NCBI GenBank assembly: GCA_020854775.1
Contig: JAHKLZ010000005.1
Location: forward strand, 49,797 to 113,796
Length of the DNA stretch: 64,000 nt
Source of the DNA: Candidatus Woesearchaeota archaeon
Lineage (GTDB): Archaea; Nanobdellota; Nanobdellia; Woesearchaeales; 21-14-0-10-32-9
Direction: 5' to 3'
In this document: positions 1-10,543 of the stretch, piece by piece
Numbering within the stretch: the first letter of the stretch is position 1
Layout of the letters: every line of letters starts with the position of its first letter
Notes under the pieces: model-generated
Told to the model about the DNA's origin: nothing
What the model saw: the letters and a program-made list of their open reading frames with translations, nothing else
The model's database searches: none
Program-made: the position numbers and the translations under genes

Positions 1-1042
1 TATTTTTGTTAAGTTTGATGTTTCTTTTAAGGGTAAAGATATTTCGGGTTTGCTTGCTAGTGTTTTGAAGGATAATTTCGTGTTTGATCGTGTTCGTGGT
101 TCTAGGGATTATTTTCATGTTCGTCGTGGATTAGTTTTTGAGTTGGTTCCTGTTATTGATGTTTCTCGTATTGAGGATGCTGATAATGTTATTGATATGT
201 CTCCTTTGCATGTTGATTATTTTCTTCGTAAGGGTGCTGGTTTGGAGGATGATGTTCGTTTGTTGAAGCGTTTTATGAAGTCTGCTCGTGTTTATGGTGC
301 GGAGAGTTTCATTAAGGGTTTTAGTGGGCACGTTGTTGATTTGTTGGTTATTAAATATGGTAGTTTTATGAATGTATTAAGGGCTGTTTCTAAGTGGGAG
401 CCTGTTGTTATTATTGATATTGATAAGAAATTAAAGGATCCTTTGTTGGAGCTTGATAAGGCTAAGGTTTCTGGTCCTTTAGTAGTTGTTGATCCTGTTC
501 AGAAGGATAGGAACGCGGCTACTGCTTTAAGTTTTGATTGTTTTTATGATTTTGTGAATCGTTGTAAGTCTTTTTTGGAATCTCCTTCTGAGGATTTTTT
601 TGTTTTGAGGTCTGCTAGGGACGTTGTTTCTCCTAAGAAAGGGGAGTCTTTGTTTGAATTCGTTATTGATCCTCTTAGTGGTAGTGAGGATGTTTCTGGT
701 TCTAAGGTTCTTAAGGTTTTGGATTTTTTGTTTAAGGAATTGAAGAATCGTGATTTTTTGTGTTCTGGTTTTGTTTGGGATTTTGGTTTTCCTTGTAGGG
801 CTTATTTTTGTGTTGAGGATATAAAATTGGATCCTGTTAAGGTTGTTCGTGGTCCTCCTTTGAGTTCTGAGGTTCATTGTTCTGCTTTTAGGGCTAAGCA
901 CAAAGTTGTTTTTGATGATGGTAATTTTTTGTTTGCTAAGGTTAATAGGGATTTTGTTTGTGTTTCTTCTTTGTTTGATTTTTTGATTGAGGATTCTTAT
1001 GTTTTGGAGCGTTGTGTTAGTATCTCTTATAAAAAGATTTGA
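1..1042 (+). CDS. cca: tRNA nucleotidyltransferase (archaeal CCA-adding enzyme), 5'-truncated by window edge
   Basis: Frame is open from position 2 with no upstream stop. The C-terminal body/tail region matches the archaeal class I CCA-adding enzyme (GFSGHVVDLLVIKYGSF). Stop is TGA at 1040-1042. Confidence 0.65.
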   Translation, partial: IFVKFDVSFKGKDISGLLASVLKDNFVFDRVRGSRDYFHVRRGLVFELVPVIDVSRIEDADNVIDMSPLHVDYFLRKGAGLEDDVRLLKRFMKSARVYGAESFIKGFSGHVVDLLVIKYGSFMNVLRAVSKWEPVVIIDIDKKLKDPLLELDKAKVSGPLVVVDPVQKDRNAATALSFDCFYDFVNRCKSFLESPSEDFFVLRSARDVVSPKKGESLFEFVIDPLSGSEDVSGSKVLKVLDFLFKELKNRDFLCSGFVWDFGFPCRAYFCVEDIKLDPVKVVRGPPLSSEVHCSAFRAKHKVVFDDGNFLFAKVNRDFVCVSSLFDFLIEDSYVLERCVSISYKKI

Positions 1043-1109
1043 TTTTTTTACTTCTTAGTGGTGCTTTGTGAAAAGTTTTTTATATTTGTTTGATTTTTTC
1101 GTGTTTGTC

Positions 1110-1655
1110 ATGGTTGAGTTTAATGAATATTTAATGGATGGTTTTGTTAATAGTAAGGTTTCTTTGTTAGAGCGTTTGGCTAGTAATGGTGAGTATTCTG
1201 CTTTGGTTAAGGAACTTGAGTTTGCTGAATTTTATAAGAGGGTTTGTCCTGATTATTTTTTTGTGTATTATGGTGATTTGGATTTTTTTGGTTTGGAGAG
1301 TTTTTGTATTGCTAATTTTGATATCAATTATTTAAAGGAAAAACGTGTTGATTCTTTGGAGGATTTGTTTGTTATTTTTGATGGATTGGATGATGTTCAT
1401 ATTAATAATTTTTATATTCCTGATTGTGATAGGGTTGAGCGTAGAGTTTTGGATGTGAAGCAGGAATTGCTTAATTCTTATGTTGATGTTTTAGATTCTT
1501 CTTTGAAGCGTTTTTGTTCTTTGGCTGAGAATTCTGATTCTAATAATTTTTATTCTTTGAAGAATAAGTTTAGTAAGTTGACTGTTGAGGTTAAGAGTCC
1601 TGTTTTGGTTGATTTTTTTTATAAGTTGGATTTGATTGAGGGTTGTTTTTTTTGA
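1110..1655 (+). CDS. hypothetical protein (ATG at 1110 within ORF 1068..1655)
   Basis: Listed ORF starts at GTG 1068, but the ATG at 1110 has a TATA-like TTTTTTATATTTG about 28 nt upstream. No recognisable domain. Confidence 0.35.
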   Translation: MVEFNEYLMDGFVNSKVSLLERLASNGEYSALVKELEFAEFYKRVCPDYFFVYYGDLDFFGLESFCIANFDINYLKEKRVDSLEDLFVIFDGLDDVHINNFYIPDCDRVERRVLDVKQELLNSYVDVLDSSLKRFCSLAENSDSNNFYSLKNKFSKLTVEVKSPVLVDFFYKLDLIEGCFF

Positions 1656-1659
1656 TTTT

Positions 1660-3141
1660 TTAGATTATTTTTGATATTAGTATTCCTGTGATTGTTGCTA
1701 TTATTAAGTATATGATTGCAGGCATGATTGTTTTTTTTAGTATTTTTATTTCTTGGTTTTTTAGGTTGACTGTTGTTTGTGCCGCTATTATGTTTGTTAG
1801 TGATATCATGTTTCCTATTCCTGCGCCGATTACTTGTAATGCTAATACTAGGAATGTGCTTATGCCTATTATTTGTGCTGTTTCTTGTTGGAATGCTCCG
1901 AATAATATGTTTGATACTGTTGCGCTTCCTGATAGGAATGATCCGAATGCGCCTATTGTGGGGGATATTATTAGGAAGTTTTTTGTTGTTATTGTTTGTG
2001 TTATTGTTGTTAGCATTCCTGGTATGTTTTTGTTGTTGAAGCTTGTTAGTATTAGTATTTGTATTGTTGCTGTTATGAATAGTATTGTTAAGAATGGATT
2101 TATTAATTTCTTCGTGGTTTCTTTTAGTATTGGTTTTATGTGTTTGTAGCTGTTTTTTATTATTGTTGTTAGTATCAGTATTGTTATTATGAATATTATT
2201 CCTGGGTTGTATAGTGTTAAGTTATGGGTTACTGTTGGTTGTATTGTTATTGTTTTTGATGGTAGTACATATTTTCCTAGTAGTAATAGTGTTGTTAGTA
2301 TCGCGTAGGGCATTAAGTTTTTTAGTTGTGATTTTTTTTCTTTTATTACGTTTTTTACGTTTTTTGGTACGAATAGTTTTTTCTTTGTTGTATACATTAT
2401 TATGATGAGTCCTATTATTGGTCCTAGTAGTGAGGGGAATTCTGGTCCTATGTACGTTAATAAGTAGTAGGGTATTAGGAAGCATAGTCCTGCCCATATC
2501 GCGTAGGGTATCATTTCTTTAAATTTTTGTATTGGTTGTTTTTCGTAGTAGGTTATTGTTGCTATGATTAGTACTGGTATTATGAGTCCTGCTATTAAGT
2601 TTATGAGTCCTGCTGTTTCTGCTACAAACGTTGTTTCTAGTCCTGAGTATCCTATTCTTATAGGGGTTCCTACTGCTCCAAATACTACTGCTGTTGAGTT
2701 CCCTATTAGTGCTAGTGTTACTGCTAGTATAGCAGGGAATCCTATTGCTACTAGTAGTGGCGCGGTTATTGCTGCAGGTGTTCCAAATCCCGCTGTTCCT
2801 TCTATGAAGCTTCCGAAGAACCATATTATTATTATTGCTTGTATTCTTTTGTCTGTGCTTATTTGTGTTATTTGTTGTTCTATTTTTTTTATTAGCCCTG
2901 TTTTTTTTAGGAATTCTAGGAATAGGATTGCTCCTGTTATTATTAGTATTATATCTATTGATATTAGTAGTGCTTTTGTTATTGCTGCTGTTACGTATTC
3001 TTGTTTTATTAACCAGTGAGTCGTGCTTATTATTAGTGTGTAAATAAATGTTATTGGTGCTGCTATGTACAAGGGTTTTTTTAGTATTAAGAATATTATT
3101 AGTAGTATTATAGGTGTAATTGCTATAATTACTGTGTTCAT
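1660..3141 (-). CDS. L-lactate permease (LctP) family transporter
   Basis: 493-aa polytopic membrane protein with an LctP-like motif (FIEGTAGFGTPAAITAPLLVAIGF). Confidence 0.55.
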   Translation of the reverse strand: MNTVIIAITPIILLIIFLILKKPLYIAAPITFIYTLIISTTHWLIKQEYVTAAITKALLISIDIILIITGAILFLEFLKKTGLIKKIEQQITQISTDKRIQAIIIIWFFGSFIEGTAGFGTPAAITAPLLVAIGFPAILAVTLALIGNSTAVVFGAVGTPIRIGYSGLETTFVAETAGLINLIAGLIIPVLIIATITYYEKQPIQKFKEMIPYAIWAGLCFLIPYYLLTYIGPEFPSLLGPIIGLIIIMYTTKKKLFVPKNVKNVIKEKKSQLKNLMPYAILTTLLLLGKYVLPSKTITIQPTVTHNLTLYNPGIIFIITILILTTIIKNSYKHIKPILKETTKKLINPFLTILFITATIQILILTSFNNKNIPGMLTTITQTITTKNFLIISPTIGAFGSFLSGSATVSNILFGAFQQETAQIIGISTFLVLALQVIGAGIGNMISLTNIIAAQTTVNLKNQEIKILKKTIMPAIIYLIIATITGILISKII

Positions 3142-4247
3142 TTTTGTTCAGGTTTTATTTTGAATATGGTTATTTCGTTTTTTGATCCTAGTCTCATCGG
3201 GGGTCCCCACCATCCTGTTCCCGGTGATACGTATAAATAAGAGTTTTGTTTCTTTTTTAGTCCTTTTATTTTTTTGTAAAAGAATCTTAGTATTAAGTTC
3301 AAAGGAAATATTTGGCCTGCGTGGGTGTGTCCTGTTAGCATTAAATCTATTTTTTTTCTTGCTTGTTTGAATCCTATTGGTCTGTGAAATAGTAGTACGT
3401 TGTATTCTTTTGGGTTCGTGTTTATTTTGTTTAATTCTAGAATCATTTTTCTTTTTTTGTCTGTGTCATTTATGCCTATTATGTTTATTTCTTGTTTCTT
3501 GATTTTTTGATTTTCTAGTATTTTTATGTTTGATTTTCTTAGTAGTTCTTTTACTGTTTTTATTCCTGTCATTTCTTCGTGGTTTCCTAGTACCATGTAT
3601 GTTTCTGATTTTATTTTTCTTAGTACGTCAAAATAGTTTTTTTCGTATTTGTGTTTTCCATCTATTAGGTCCCCTGTTATTACTGTTATGTCTGGTTTTT
3701 CTTCGTTTATTTTTTGTATTATTCTTTCTAGGAAGTTTTTTTTGTGTGTTGCGCCTATGTGTATGTCTGATACTTGTATTAGCGTTATTGGTTTTTTTAT
3801 TTTGTTTGTTGTTATGTTTATTGTTTTTTTGTGTGTGTATGTAGCGTTTATTAGTGCGTATATTGTTATTGCCGTTATTGTTATGAACGTTAGTATTATT
3901 CTTTGTTCAGGTATTATTATTTTTAGGAATAGTAGTAGTTCTACTAGTACTAGTATTATGAATGCTATTGCGACTATTCCTAGCCACGTTGATCCTATGA
4001 TGTTTATTGTTTTTGCTAATACATTGTTTGAGTATCTTATTGCTGCTGCTCCTAATACGTAGGAGAATGACATTATTATTAGTATTATGCTGAACCAAGT
4101 GTTTTTTGGTATTTCTAAGAAATAGTATATTTCTGATATTATAAAATAATTTAGTAATAAGTATAGGGTTATGAACATTATTAGTTTTGTTACTAAGTGT
4201 TCTTGTTTGTTTTCTGGCTGGGTTATTGTTGTTTCTTGGTGCTTCAT
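3138..4247 (-). CDS. membrane-anchored calcineurin-like metallophosphoesterase
   Basis: N-terminal transmembrane helices, then metallophosphoesterase motifs (VSDIHIG..GDLIDG..GNHE..GHTHAGQ). Overlaps the upstream gene by 4 nt. Confidence 0.6.
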   Translation of the reverse strand: MKHQETTITQPENKQEHLVTKLIMFITLYLLLNYFIISEIYYFLEIPKNTWFSIILIIMSFSYVLGAAAIRYSNNVLAKTINIIGSTWLGIVAIAFIILVLVELLLFLKIIIPEQRIILTFITITAITIYALINATYTHKKTINITTNKIKKPITLIQVSDIHIGATHKKNFLERIIQKINEEKPDITVITGDLIDGKHKYEKNYFDVLRKIKSETYMVLGNHEEMTGIKTVKELLRKSNIKILENQKIKKQEINIIGINDTDKKRKMILELNKINTNPKEYNVLLFHRPIGFKQARKKIDLMLTGHTHAGQIFPLNLILRFFYKKIKGLKKKQNSYLYVSPGTGWWGPPMRLGSKNEITIFKIKPEQK

Positions 4248-4254
4248 TTTTTGT

Positions 4255-5109
4255 TCACATCATTAAAGGTAACCAGTTTCCTAGTATTAGTATTATTATG
4301 TATGCTATTAGGAAGCTTGGTACGAATGGTATTCCTTGTTTTATTATTATGTTTTTTATTCCTTTTTGTTTTAAGTATTGTATTTCTTGTGTTGTTAGTC
4401 CTGTTTTGCTTGGTTTTATTGTTTTTTGTTTGAATTTAAATTCTTGTGGTGTCCAGTCTCCTTCTGTTACTTGGTTTATGTTTGTTTTTTTTATTAGTGC
4501 TGTTTTTTCTATTGCTTTTAATATGTTCTTTGAGTAGAGCATCATCGTTATTAGCAATATTAATATGTAGCTCATTGTTATTAGTTGAGTGTTTATTTTT
4601 AGTATTAGCCCTATTATTATCAACGTAGTTGTTATTATTAGTATTATTTTTGTTATTTTATTTTTGTTCTTGTTGTTTTTTGTTATTGTGCAGTATTCTT
4701 TTTTGAATGATTCATAATTTTTTATTGTTAAGACTATCATCCACGTTAATCCGTATATTGCTCCTACTAGTAACGAAGTTATTATGAATACTAGGAATAA
4801 TGGTATTGTTTTTGTTATTAGTAAAGGGTTTATCCCCATTATTGTTCCTATTCCTATTATTAGTTTTGCGTCTCCTCCTCCCCATTGTCCTGTGTAATAA
4901 AATAATGCACCTATTGCGTATCCTGTTATTAGTCCTGTGACTGCGTTTAATAGGTAAGTGATTGTTTGATTGTGTATTGATAATGCTATGCTTATTATTA
5001 GTCCTAGTGCTATTAACGAGAAGTTAAGAGTATCTGGTACTTCTCTTTTTTTTAGGTCCGTGATTGTTCCTAGAATTAGTGCTCCTAGTATGATTGTTTG
5101 TTGTATCAT
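4255..5109 (-). CDS. archaeal type IV prepilin/preflagellin peptidase (A24, FlaK/PibD-like)
   Basis: Polytopic membrane protein with both catalytic Asp motifs (ITDLKKREVPD and GGGDAKLIIG). Confidence 0.5.
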   Translation of the reverse strand: MIQQTIILGALILGTITDLKKREVPDTLNFSLIALGLIISIALSIHNQTITYLLNAVTGLITGYAIGALFYYTGQWGGGDAKLIIGIGTIMGINPLLITKTIPLFLVFIITSLLVGAIYGLTWMIVLTIKNYESFKKEYCTITKNNKNKNKITKIILIITTTLIIIGLILKINTQLITMSYILILLITMMLYSKNILKAIEKTALIKKTNINQVTEGDWTPQEFKFKQKTIKPSKTGLTTQEIQYLKQKGIKNIIIKQGIPFVPSFLIAYIIILILGNWLPLMM

Positions 5110-5208
5110 TATTATCTATTTTTTTGTGTGTTTATTTAAATATTTTGTTTGTTTATTTTTGTTGGGTTGGGGGAAAGATTTATTAATTATGAATTTTAAT
5201 TGTTTTTT

Positions 5209-6177
5209 ATGAGTATCTTGGATGATATTAAAGTCAGAGCTAGGGAGTCTCCTAAGAGGATTGTTTTTCCTGAGGGTGATGATGTTCGTGTTCTGAGGGC
5301 TTGTAGGATTATTCGTGATGAAAATATTGGTTTTCCTGTTATTCTTCGTGGTTCTAAGGCGAAGATTTTGTTGGAGAAAAATAATATTTCTTGTGATGGT
5401 TTAGAGTTGGTTGATGAATCTATTATTGATTTGGGTTCTTATGTTTCTTTGCTTGTTGAGAAGCGTAAGCATAAATCTTTGAGTGCTGAGGATGCTAAGT
5501 CTTTGGTTAAAGATGTTAATTATCTTGGTGTTTTGATGGTTGAGTCTGGTTTTGTTGATTGTATGATTTCTGGTGCTGTTCATCCTACTGCTTCTGTTCT
5601 TAGGCCTGCTTTGCAGATTATTAAGACTAAGCCAGGCGTTAATACTGCTTCTAGTTTTTTTATTGTTTGTAAGGATGATTTGACTTATTTTTTTAGTGAT
5701 TGTGCTTTTGTTATTAATCCTGATGAGAATGAGCTTTGTGATATTGCTTTGAGTACTGCGCGTAGTGCTGAAACTTTAGGGTTTTCGCCTAGGGTTGCTT
5801 TGCTTAGTTTTTCTACTAAGGGTAGCGCGGAGCATGAGTCTTTGATTAAGATTAGGAATGCTTTGAGTCTTATTAAGGAGAAAAATCCTGGTTTGGTTGT
5901 TGATGGCGAGTTACAGCTTGATTCTGCTATTGTTCCTGATGTTGCTAAGTTGAAATGTGGTGATTCTGTTATTAAGGGTGATGCTAACGTGTTAGTTTTT
6001 CCTGATCTTAATTCTGGTAATATTGGTTATAAGTTGGTTGAGCGTTTAGGTGGTTTCATGGCTATTGGTCCTATTGTTCAGGGTCTTAGGAAGCCCGTTA
6101 ATGATCTTAGTAGGGGTTGTGGCGTGGATGATATTGTTCGTGTCGCGATGATTACTGTTGTTGAGGTTGGTAAATGA
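5209..6177 (+). CDS. pta: phosphate acetyltransferase
   Basis: Pta family N-terminus (RIVFPEGDDVRVLRAC) and downstream conservation. ATG at 5209 is preferred over the TTG at 5200 of the listed ORF. A TATA-like TTTATTAATTA lies about 25 nt upstream. Confidence 0.85.
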   Translation: MSILDDIKVRARESPKRIVFPEGDDVRVLRACRIIRDENIGFPVILRGSKAKILLEKNNISCDGLELVDESIIDLGSYVSLLVEKRKHKSLSAEDAKSLVKDVNYLGVLMVESGFVDCMISGAVHPTASVLRPALQIIKTKPGVNTASSFFIVCKDDLTYFFSDCAFVINPDENELCDIALSTARSAETLGFSPRVALLSFSTKGSAEHESLIKIRNALSLIKEKNPGLVVDGELQLDSAIVPDVAKLKCGDSVIKGDANVLVFPDLNSGNIGYKLVERLGGFMAIGPIVQGLRKPVNDLSRGCGVDDIVRVAMITVVEVGK

Positions 6178-7319
6178 ATGTTCTTGTGATTAATTGCGGT
6201 AGTTCTAGTGTTAAGTTTAAGGTTATTAATTCTGTTTCTAGGGATGTTTTGGTTAAGGGTCATGTTGATGGTATTGGTTTGGATTCTTGTGTTTTGAAGT
6301 TAAATGGTTCTGAGACTAAGTTGTTTGTTGATACTCATGAGTCTGCTTTGAAAGAAATTTTTAAGGTTGTTGATGTTAATGTTATTGATTGTGTTGGTCA
6401 TCGAGTTGTTCATGGAGGTCAGAAGTACGTTGATTCTGTGATTATTGATGATGATGTTGTTAAAGCTATTGGGGACTTATGTGATCTTGCTCCTTTGCAT
6501 AATCCTGCTAATCTTCAAGGTATTAAAGCTTGTATGAGTCTTCTTAAGGGTAAGAAACAAGTGGCTGTTTTTGATACTTCTTTTCATCAGTCTATGGCTA
6601 AGGATGCTTTTCTTTATGGTGTTCCTTTAGAGTTGTATGAATCTTTTAGTGTTAGAAAGTATGGTTTTCATGGTATTTCTCATAGTTATTTGTATGGTGA
6701 AGTTAAAAGAGTTTTAGGTAGGGATATTAATGTTATTAGTTGTCATCTTGGTAATGGTGCTAGTGTTGCTTGTATTAATCAAGGAAGAGTTGTTGATACC
6801 AGCATGGGTTTTACTCCTCTTGATGGCTTAGTAATGGGTACTAGGAGTGGCGGTGTTGATCCTGGTTTGCTTATTTATTTGCAGAAAATTAAGGATTTAG
6901 GTCCTGATGAGCTTTGTGATTTTCTTAATAAGGAGTCTGGTTTGAAGGGTATTTGTGGTTTTTCTGATGTTCGTGTTATTCATGAGAAAGCTGAATTGGG
7001 TGATGAGCGTTGCGGGCTCGCGCTTGATGTTTTTGTGTGGCGTTTAAAGCATTTTATTGGTGCTTATCTTGGTTTGATGCGTGATAGGACTGATGTTCTC
7101 GTGTTTAGTGCGGGTATTGGTGAGGGTGCTTTTTATTTGCGTAAGAAGGTTTGTGATGAGCTTAGTCATCTTGGTTTTTGGTTGGATGATGATAAAAATA
7201 ATAGGCATGATTTGTTTATTTCTAAGGATGATTCTCCTATTAAAATCATGGTTGTTCCTACGGATGAAGAATTGATGATTGCTTTGGAAGCTTTAAAATT
7301 AGTTAAATCCACTTCTTAG
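6174..7319 (+). CDS. ackA: acetate kinase
   Basis: Classic AckA N-terminus (MNVLVINCGSSSVKFKV). The start overlaps the pta stop (ATGA). Confidence 0.9.
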   Translation: MNVLVINCGSSSVKFKVINSVSRDVLVKGHVDGIGLDSCVLKLNGSETKLFVDTHESALKEIFKVVDVNVIDCVGHRVVHGGQKYVDSVIIDDDVVKAIGDLCDLAPLHNPANLQGIKACMSLLKGKKQVAVFDTSFHQSMAKDAFLYGVPLELYESFSVRKYGFHGISHSYLYGEVKRVLGRDINVISCHLGNGASVACINQGRVVDTSMGFTPLDGLVMGTRSGGVDPGLLIYLQKIKDLGPDELCDFLNKESGLKGICGFSDVRVIHEKAELGDERCGLALDVFVWRLKHFIGAYLGLMRDRTDVLVFSAGIGEGAFYLRKKVCDELSHLGFWLDDDKNNRHDLFISKDDSPIKIMVVPTDEELMIALEALKLVKSTS

Positions 7320-7334
7320 TATTTATTAATGGTT

Positions 7335-7345
7335 ATTTTTATATA
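7335..7345 (+). promoter_or_regulatory. archaeal TATA box (TTTTATATATT) upstream of paralog A
   Basis: Consensus-like TATA about 28 nt upstream of the ATG at 7369. Confidence 0.4.
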
Positions 7346-7368
7346 TTATTGGTTATTACTTTTTTTTT

Positions 7369-7791
7369 ATGAGTGATGATTATCTTGGTGATTTATGGCG
7401 CCTTATTAAGGATCATAGGAATCTTATGATTGGTGAGTACACTGGTCTTAGGGTTTGTGATTTTGATATGCCTCGGCATGTTTTTGAGGATGTTTATAAT
7501 TCTAGGATTAATCAGCACTTAGTTAAGCATACTTTGATTTTTGGTAGTGTTGAAAAAGCGTTGGATGAATTAGTTAATGCTAATATTAGTTTTCATCATC
7601 TTACTTGTGCAGCTGATACTGATCTTTTGAGGAATAACGCGTTGTGTATTCATTATGATTTGAATGATTCTGTTAATCGTTCTTTGGCTTTACCTGGTGT
7701 TACTTATGTTCCTACTGAGAAGACCTTTGTTGTTTTTAGAACTATTTTTAAGAAATTTGATTTGAATTTTGAGGCTTACAAAAAAAAGTAG
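7369..7791 (+). CDS. hypothetical protein, paralog A of a tandem pair
   Basis: 140 aa. Shares conserved blocks with the next ORF: LW.L..H.N, YHL[TS]C, A[LV]C[IV]H and LA[LI]PG.Y. Confidence 0.5.
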   Translation: MSDDYLGDLWRLIKDHRNLMIGEYTGLRVCDFDMPRHVFEDVYNSRINQHLVKHTLIFGSVEKALDELVNANISFHHLTCAADTDLLRNNALCIHYDLNDSVNRSLALPGVTYVPTEKTFVVFRTIFKKFDLNFEAYKKK

Positions 7792-7819
7792 AATAACTAT
7801 TTTTTAGTGGTTACTAATC

Positions 7820-7830
7820 GTTATGTTTAT
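7820..7830 (+). promoter_or_regulatory. archaeal TATA box (GTTTATATATT) upstream of paralog B
   Basis: TATA-like element about 30 nt upstream of the ATG at 7857. Confidence 0.35.
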
Positions 7831-7856
7831 ATATTCTTTTTGTTCAACTGTTTTTT

Positions 7857-8213
7857 ATGAATATTAATTACGATTCTAATAAATTAAATACTCTTTGGTC
7901 TTTGTTGAGGAATCATTCTAATTATCCTGGTAAGCATGTTGGTTTAAAACAAGTTATGTTTCATTTGAACGTGGATGATTTTAGGAAGAAACATTCTAGT
8001 AAGATAATTAATGGTTGTGAAAGCATCGTGACGACTAATTTAGATGATGCTATTTCTCGTATTAGCAATAGTAGTATTAATTATTATCATCTTAGTTGCG
8101 TTGGTAATATTCTTAATGGGGCTAATTCTGCTGTTTGTGTTCATTTTAAGAATAATAAAGATAATAAGCATTATGCTTTAGCCATACCTGGTACTAATTA
8201 CATAATTAAATAA
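7857..8213 (+). CDS. hypothetical protein, paralog B of a tandem pair
   Basis: 118 aa. Same motif set as ORF 7369..7791 (YHLSC..AVCVH..LAIPGTNY). Highly diverged copy. Confidence 0.5.
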   Translation: MNINYDSNKLNTLWSLLRNHSNYPGKHVGLKQVMFHLNVDDFRKKHSSKIINGCESIVTTNLDDAISRISNSSINYYHLSCVGNILNGANSAVCVHFKNNKDNKHYALAIPGTNYIIK

Positions 8214-8249
8214 AAAAGAGAATAAAAAATAAAGAAAAATAGTTAAGCT

Positions 8250-8684
8250 TTATTTCCTAGCTTTTTGTAATTTGCCGTTTAGAAGTGCTTCTAGGCTTTG
8301 ATCGTTTACTTTGATTACTTGCCATCTTACTCCTGGTAAGTCTCCTTTTGCTCTGCCCATGTTACCACCCATGCACTCTACGACTACTTCGTCGTGTTCG
8401 TCAACCATTTTTTGAGCTCCGTCTCCTGGTAAGAAAGCTGTTATTTGTCTGCTGTTCTTAACTAGTTGTACACGGACGCATTTTCTCATTGCTGAATTTG
8501 GTTGTTTTGCTTCTCTTTGTACTTTTTCTAGTACTATTCCTGAAGCTTGACTTGAGCCTTCTAATGGGTCTGATTTCTCTTTTAAGCCGAGTTTTTTAGC
8601 GTACCATTTGTATTTCTTTTTCTGTTCAGTTCTTCTCTTAATTAGTTTTGTTCCTGCGTTTATTCCTGATGCTTTTTTACTCAT
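8250..8684 (-). CDS. rps12: 30S ribosomal protein uS12
   Basis: Strong match to archaeal S12 (...[16 protein letters not shown]...). Start taken at MSKKASG inside the listed ORF. Confidence 0.9.
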   Translation of the reverse strand: MSKKASGINAGTKLIKRRTEQKKKYKWYAKKLGLKEKSDPLEGSSQASGIVLEKVQREAKQPNSAMRKCVRVQLVKNSRQITAFLPGDGAQKMVDEHDEVVVECMGGNMGRAKGDLPGVRWQVIKVNDQSLEALLNGKLQKARK

Positions 8685-8689
8685 TGTTA

Positions 8690-9106
8690 TCACACTACTT
8701 TTATTTCTTTTATTTCCTCAAAGTATTTTTTTACTATGTCTTCATAGTTTCTAAGGTTTTGGGCTCTTGCACCAATCATTAATCCTTTTGTTTTGGTGTC
8801 TGTTCCCTTAATCGTGATTATTCCTTCAATCATGTTTATGTCTTCCATTTTTAATGGATGCATAATGTTTTTAACGAAATCTAAAACATTAGGATTAAAT
8901 TCCACTATTTTAATGTTTCTATTAGTTGCTTTGACGAGTTTTTGAACGTTTTCTTTTTTATCTCCGAGTGCTTTTCTTAGTTCTCCGTGTTGTACGATGA
9001 AATACAATTTGTCTTTGTTCGTGAAGCAGTCTTTTAGTTTTGCTCTCGTTATTTTTTCGAACATAGTCATTATTTGCAGTGTTTGCACATCGTATTTAGT
9101 CTTCAT
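8690..9106 (-). CDS. nusA: archaeal NusA-like transcription termination factor (KH domains)
   Basis: KH-domain NusA homolog in the conserved position between L30e and S12. Start moved to the internal Met (MKTKYDV), which gives a 4-nt ATGA overlap with L30e. Confidence 0.75.
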   Translation of the reverse strand: MKTKYDVQTLQIMTMFEKITRAKLKDCFTNKDKLYFIVQHGELRKALGDKKENVQKLVKATNRNIKIVEFNPNVLDFVKNIMHPLKMEDINMIEGIITIKGTDTKTKGLMIGARAQNLRNYEDIVKKYFEEIKEIKVV

Positions 9107-9357
9107 TTTTGGAGTCCTATTACTGCTATTGAAAATGGTTTTCTGCAAAAAGTTCCTAGTTCGTCGTTATTTATTTTTAAAACTTCTAGTTCTGTTTTGT
9201 TTAATTCAGCGTACCTAGTTATGTCTTCTTTTGTTTCTTCGTCTAAGTTCTTAGCTATGAATACTTTTTGTAGTTCTCCTTTTTTTAGGAGCTTCATTGT
9301 TCTTTCTTTTCCTATTATTAGTTTTTCTGATTCTAATAGTTTTTTTAATTCGTTCAT
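9103..9357 (-). CDS. rpl30e: 50S ribosomal protein L30e
   Basis: 84 aa, L30e family. Canonical position downstream of rpoA''. Confidence 0.85.
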   Translation of the reverse strand: MNELKKLLESEKLIIGKERTMKLLKKGELQKVFIAKNLDEETKEDITRYAELNKTELEVLKINNDELGTFCRKPFSIAVIGLQK

Positions 9358-9376
9358 TCGTTCACCTTTCTAATTA

Positions 9377-10531
<1,155 letters not shown>

Positions 10532-10543
10532 TCACCTTTTCTC

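Noticed and set aside
1688-4628. Numerous 60-150-aa Leu/Phe/Val/Cys-rich ORFs on the strand opposite real genes (for example 1688..2149, 2564..3019, 3530..3844, 4197..4433).
   Set aside because: They are antisense to clearly homologous genes (lactate permease, phosphoesterase, peptidase) and low-complexity. They exist because stop codons are depleted on the T/G-rich strand.
8690-9148. A 46-nt overlap between the nusA and L30e ORFs as listed.
   Set aside because: It is resolved by starting NusA at the internal Met (MKTKYDV, 9106), which gives a typical 4-nt ATGA overlap.
9074-9373. 99-aa and 73-aa plus-strand ORFs overlapping L30e and nusA.
   Set aside because: They are antisense to strongly conserved ribosomal and transcription genes and have no homology.
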